From positions 20,342,451 through 20,406,450 of the forward strand of contig OZ316894.1 of assembly GCA_973895155.1 (NCBI GenBank): a stretch of 64,000 bases of DNA, given 5' to 3'. This document shows positions 61,011 to 64,000 of the stretch, piece after piece. The position numbers were made by a program, and so were the translations under genes. This stretch comes from Marsupella aquatica (Eukaryota > Plantae > Marchantiophyta). How positions within the stretch are numbered: the stretch's first letter is position 1; every line of letters starts with the position of its first letter. Below the pieces are notes generated by a model that saw only the letters and a program-made list of their open reading frames with translations, had not been told where the DNA came from and did not search any database.

Positions 61011-64000
61011 TGTGGTGCGTCCCATGGCTCCCTAAACCCAAGAAACCCCCCAGCTCAAGCCGATTCCCGCAAGTTTCGCGCTTGGCGAGGCCGTTTCCGC
61101 GGCTTAGCGGCATGGGACGCTGCTAACCTTCTACTACTACTATTAGCATTTTACACACATATACTGGACAGATCCTTCATCGGGTCATGAGATACGTAGC
61201 CGGCCTAATCTAGCCTTCCCTCGTCTTCCCCTCCGCCTTGTTAGGTATGTTTGGATTCCGCCGCCGGAATGATCCCCAATAGGCTTGGTTAAGCCGCTAA
61301 GACCTCTCTCAGCTCGACACATCCAACTCTCACTCCCCTGCTTACTTTCCTTCCTTCTAGTTGATGTGGGCACTCTTCACACAAGTTAATGCGACACACA
61401 AATAGCAAAATGACTCATTCTGACTGAGTCATACCATGCACTTGCCATACAAACAGTACATCTCATACACAAGCTCTGCGAACTAAGCCGTGAGGCCAAC
61501 TCTATTCAGCTCTTAGGCATGAGGAAACATGAATATACACAAGGGTCACTGTATGACTAACCGAGAGCTTCTCTTACTACTTGATCCCAGCCCGGCTGGT
61601 GCAAACTAAAAACTTGCTAAAGAAGAGGCCCTGAGCTCCCCGCTGCCCAGGTACTTATCCTGGTAGTGGATCCGCCTAATTCCTTGCAGCGTAAGCCTAA
61701 TCTACCTAACAGTAATCTACTTGCCCGGATCTACCTCTGTACAGCAAGGTAGGAGCACAAGTGTTGCTCCTACCAGTGGAACCGCAATCCCACTAAGCTA
61801 AGTGTCAGGGCCGCTCCTGGTCCTGATCCTAATCCTAAACTTGGAGATCAGCGCCCGCCCTACCCATTCACGCCTCCTCCCTCCATGTCCGCCCTTCCTA
61901 AAAGGAATGGCGCCCTTGCACCGTCACGACACCGGTGGTGGATCCTCAATGGACGTCCCCAACGCTTCCTCCTCAGCCACTGCCGTAGGTTCTTTCTCTG
62001 ACAGATTACCTGCCCTTGACTGAGTCAACTCTCCATCGGCCTGACTGGGTCCACCGTCGGCGTCGGCATCGGCTCGGGAATCGGTTACGGCCTCAGCCTT
62101 GGCTACGGTCTCCCCGGCCTGCTCAAGAGGCGGATTTGGGATACCGGCCTCATTACTGAGTAGTTTGGCTTGGGCCGCACCATCCCCACCTGTGATGATA
62201 GCGGGATCTATTGCCGTATTCATGCCGGAGGATGGTGCTGGGTCTACCTCCTTGGTCACCACGGCCTGTGGAGTCGGATTACTCCTTGACCCTGAAGGTT
62301 TCCGCTTCTTCTTCTTTTCTGGTTCGGCAGCTGGTCCCTTCCCCTTCCCTCTTACTTCCGGCATTGGTGCAGGTGGCGCGGCTTTTTCTTCGGCAAGTAC
62401 CACTCCTGGTAACTTGGTTGTCCCAATTGGAGTTGGGTCTGATGAAGACAAGCACTTAAATACTGCGGCTTGTTTCTTCAGCCGCACTGTTTGGTTATCG
62501 GCCCGCCACTGAAGATTCTCCATCTTCCTCATGATTTCCTCCAACTCCTCCTGGGTCTCATCCAGGTCCTTGCGCGCCTCCTCTAGTTCCTTCTGGGCTT
62601 CCTCCCGTTCTTTCTTCAAGGTAGCCCTCTCCTCCCGGGTTGCTCTTAGCTCCTTGTCGAGCTCTGCAATGATGACAGACTCCATCTGATTCATCTTGGC
62701 GTAAGTCTGATCGAGCATCTCGTCATTCTCCCTTAGGTCGGCCTTGAAGCTGGCCGTCAGGGACGCAAGCTCTTGCTGCAGCGCCATAATCCCTTGATAG
62801 GATTTTCCTAACTCGGCCTCCTTTTGCTCAAGGGCTCCGCGGATTTTCTCGAGCTCCCCCTTCAACGCCCATTCCTTTGGGTCTCCGCCATGGCCCGGCT
62901 GTTGGCTGTTATGTGGGCCTCCTCTGCATTCCTCAGCTCTCGCTTCCACTTCTCCCTCTCTTTGATCGTATCGGCCAACTCTCCCTGCGTCTGAGTTAGT
63001 TTATCCTTGATATTCTGATTATCAGCCTGCGCGGTGTCCAACTGCCCCTACATGATGTTCAGCTCATGCCGTTTAATCCGTAGTTCATCTTGGGCTTTCT
63101 TGGCCGCCCTTAGATCTTCAATCTCGGCTTCCATCCTCCTAAGCCGCCGAATGACCTCGTCCTTCTTTCTTCTCTCTAAAGCCACCGCTTCTTCTAATTG
63201 GTGCTTCTCCAACTGCTCCCTATGGAAAAAGGGTCCTACCTCCAACTCCTCTCCAAAGATGTCGAGCGCAAGTTCCCCACACATCTCACCATACTCCATG
63301 GCTCTATTCTTAGCGTAGGTGGAGTAAGTAGAAGTGATCGGCATCGCCCATCGCGGCCTCTGCTCCCAAGCCGTCTTGCGGATCTCTTCAATCGTGGCTA
63401 GAGGTTTGCTTCCTTTTTCGGCTAGCCGCCTGATGTCCTCCGGCCAATCTCCTCCTGGTAAATCCTTTTCCCTAGCCAGGGCTGCCTCCTCTTCCTGCCT
63501 GATTCGCTCCTGAAATTCCTGCGCCGTCTGTTTTATGCCGTCAAAGCTCGGGGGAGCAACATCTGGTGGGGGAGACTCAGGGCTACTCTGCTGGTTGGGG
63601 TCCCCTCGTACTACCCTTGGAAGTGTGGGGACAAACTGGCCACAGGTCCTTACTCCTGGAACGTGATGCTCCGACCCATAGCCGGAGTTATCATGGCTGC
63701 AGTCCTCCATTGCCTCCTCTACTTCTTGGACGTCCGGCTTCTCCCTCTCCTCTTCGTCGGTAGGAGCTTCAGGCAATTCTGCCTTAGATTCAGAGCTTGA
63801 GACTCCCACATACATTCGAACACCTGGCTTGGATTCCGGCCTGATTCTCTCCTCGTCTCCAACAAAGGGGTTTTCTCTTGTGAGCCGGTGTAGGCCTACC
63901 TCTGGAGTACTGTCCTGCATTGTTGCCGTTGCCATTGTCGTTGCCGATGCCGATCTCTTTTCTTTCTCCAGTAGTTTCAGCAGACTCTGCATGCCTGGTT
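61011..64000 (-). mobile_element. Nested LTR-retrotransposon running off the window, with a pseudogenised coiled-coil accessory ORF
   Basis: Abrupt TG start at 61011 inside the integrase. Minus-strand ORFs 63048-63992 and 61924-62949 are Glu-rich, coiled-coil and low-complexity, joined across a TAG stop and a frameshift near 62865. Confidence 0.6.

Overview
Eukaryotic nuclear DNA from a seed-free land plant, probably a bryophyte. The basis is spliceosomal introns, a plastid starch enzyme, and an intact cilia gene that implies flagellated sperm. Three multi-exon host genes can be rebuilt exon by exon: isoamylase 3 (ISA3, +, 20706-29795, 23 exons, one GC-AG intron), CFAP70/TTC18 (-, 36328-45056, 10 coding exons) and a DNA-3-methyladenine glycosylase I (TAG-like) gene with a long Pro/Ser-rich N-terminus (+, 50007-53379, 5 exons). 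The rest is mostly transposable-element sequence: LTR-retrotransposon remnants carrying a recurring accessory ORF family, a Gypsy integrase-PHD fragment with an LTR-LTR junction, a MULE remnant, a CACTA left end, Tourist/Stowaway-like MITEs and tRNA-derived SINE heads. The most striking item is an intronless exon of 14 near-identical 135-bp (45-aa) armadillo repeats (1285-3171). Its scaffold is homogenised, while substitutions cluster at the helix-3 peptide-binding positions, which suggests a repeat-shuffling, variable-specificity receptor. All calls come from manual reading; no database searches were run.
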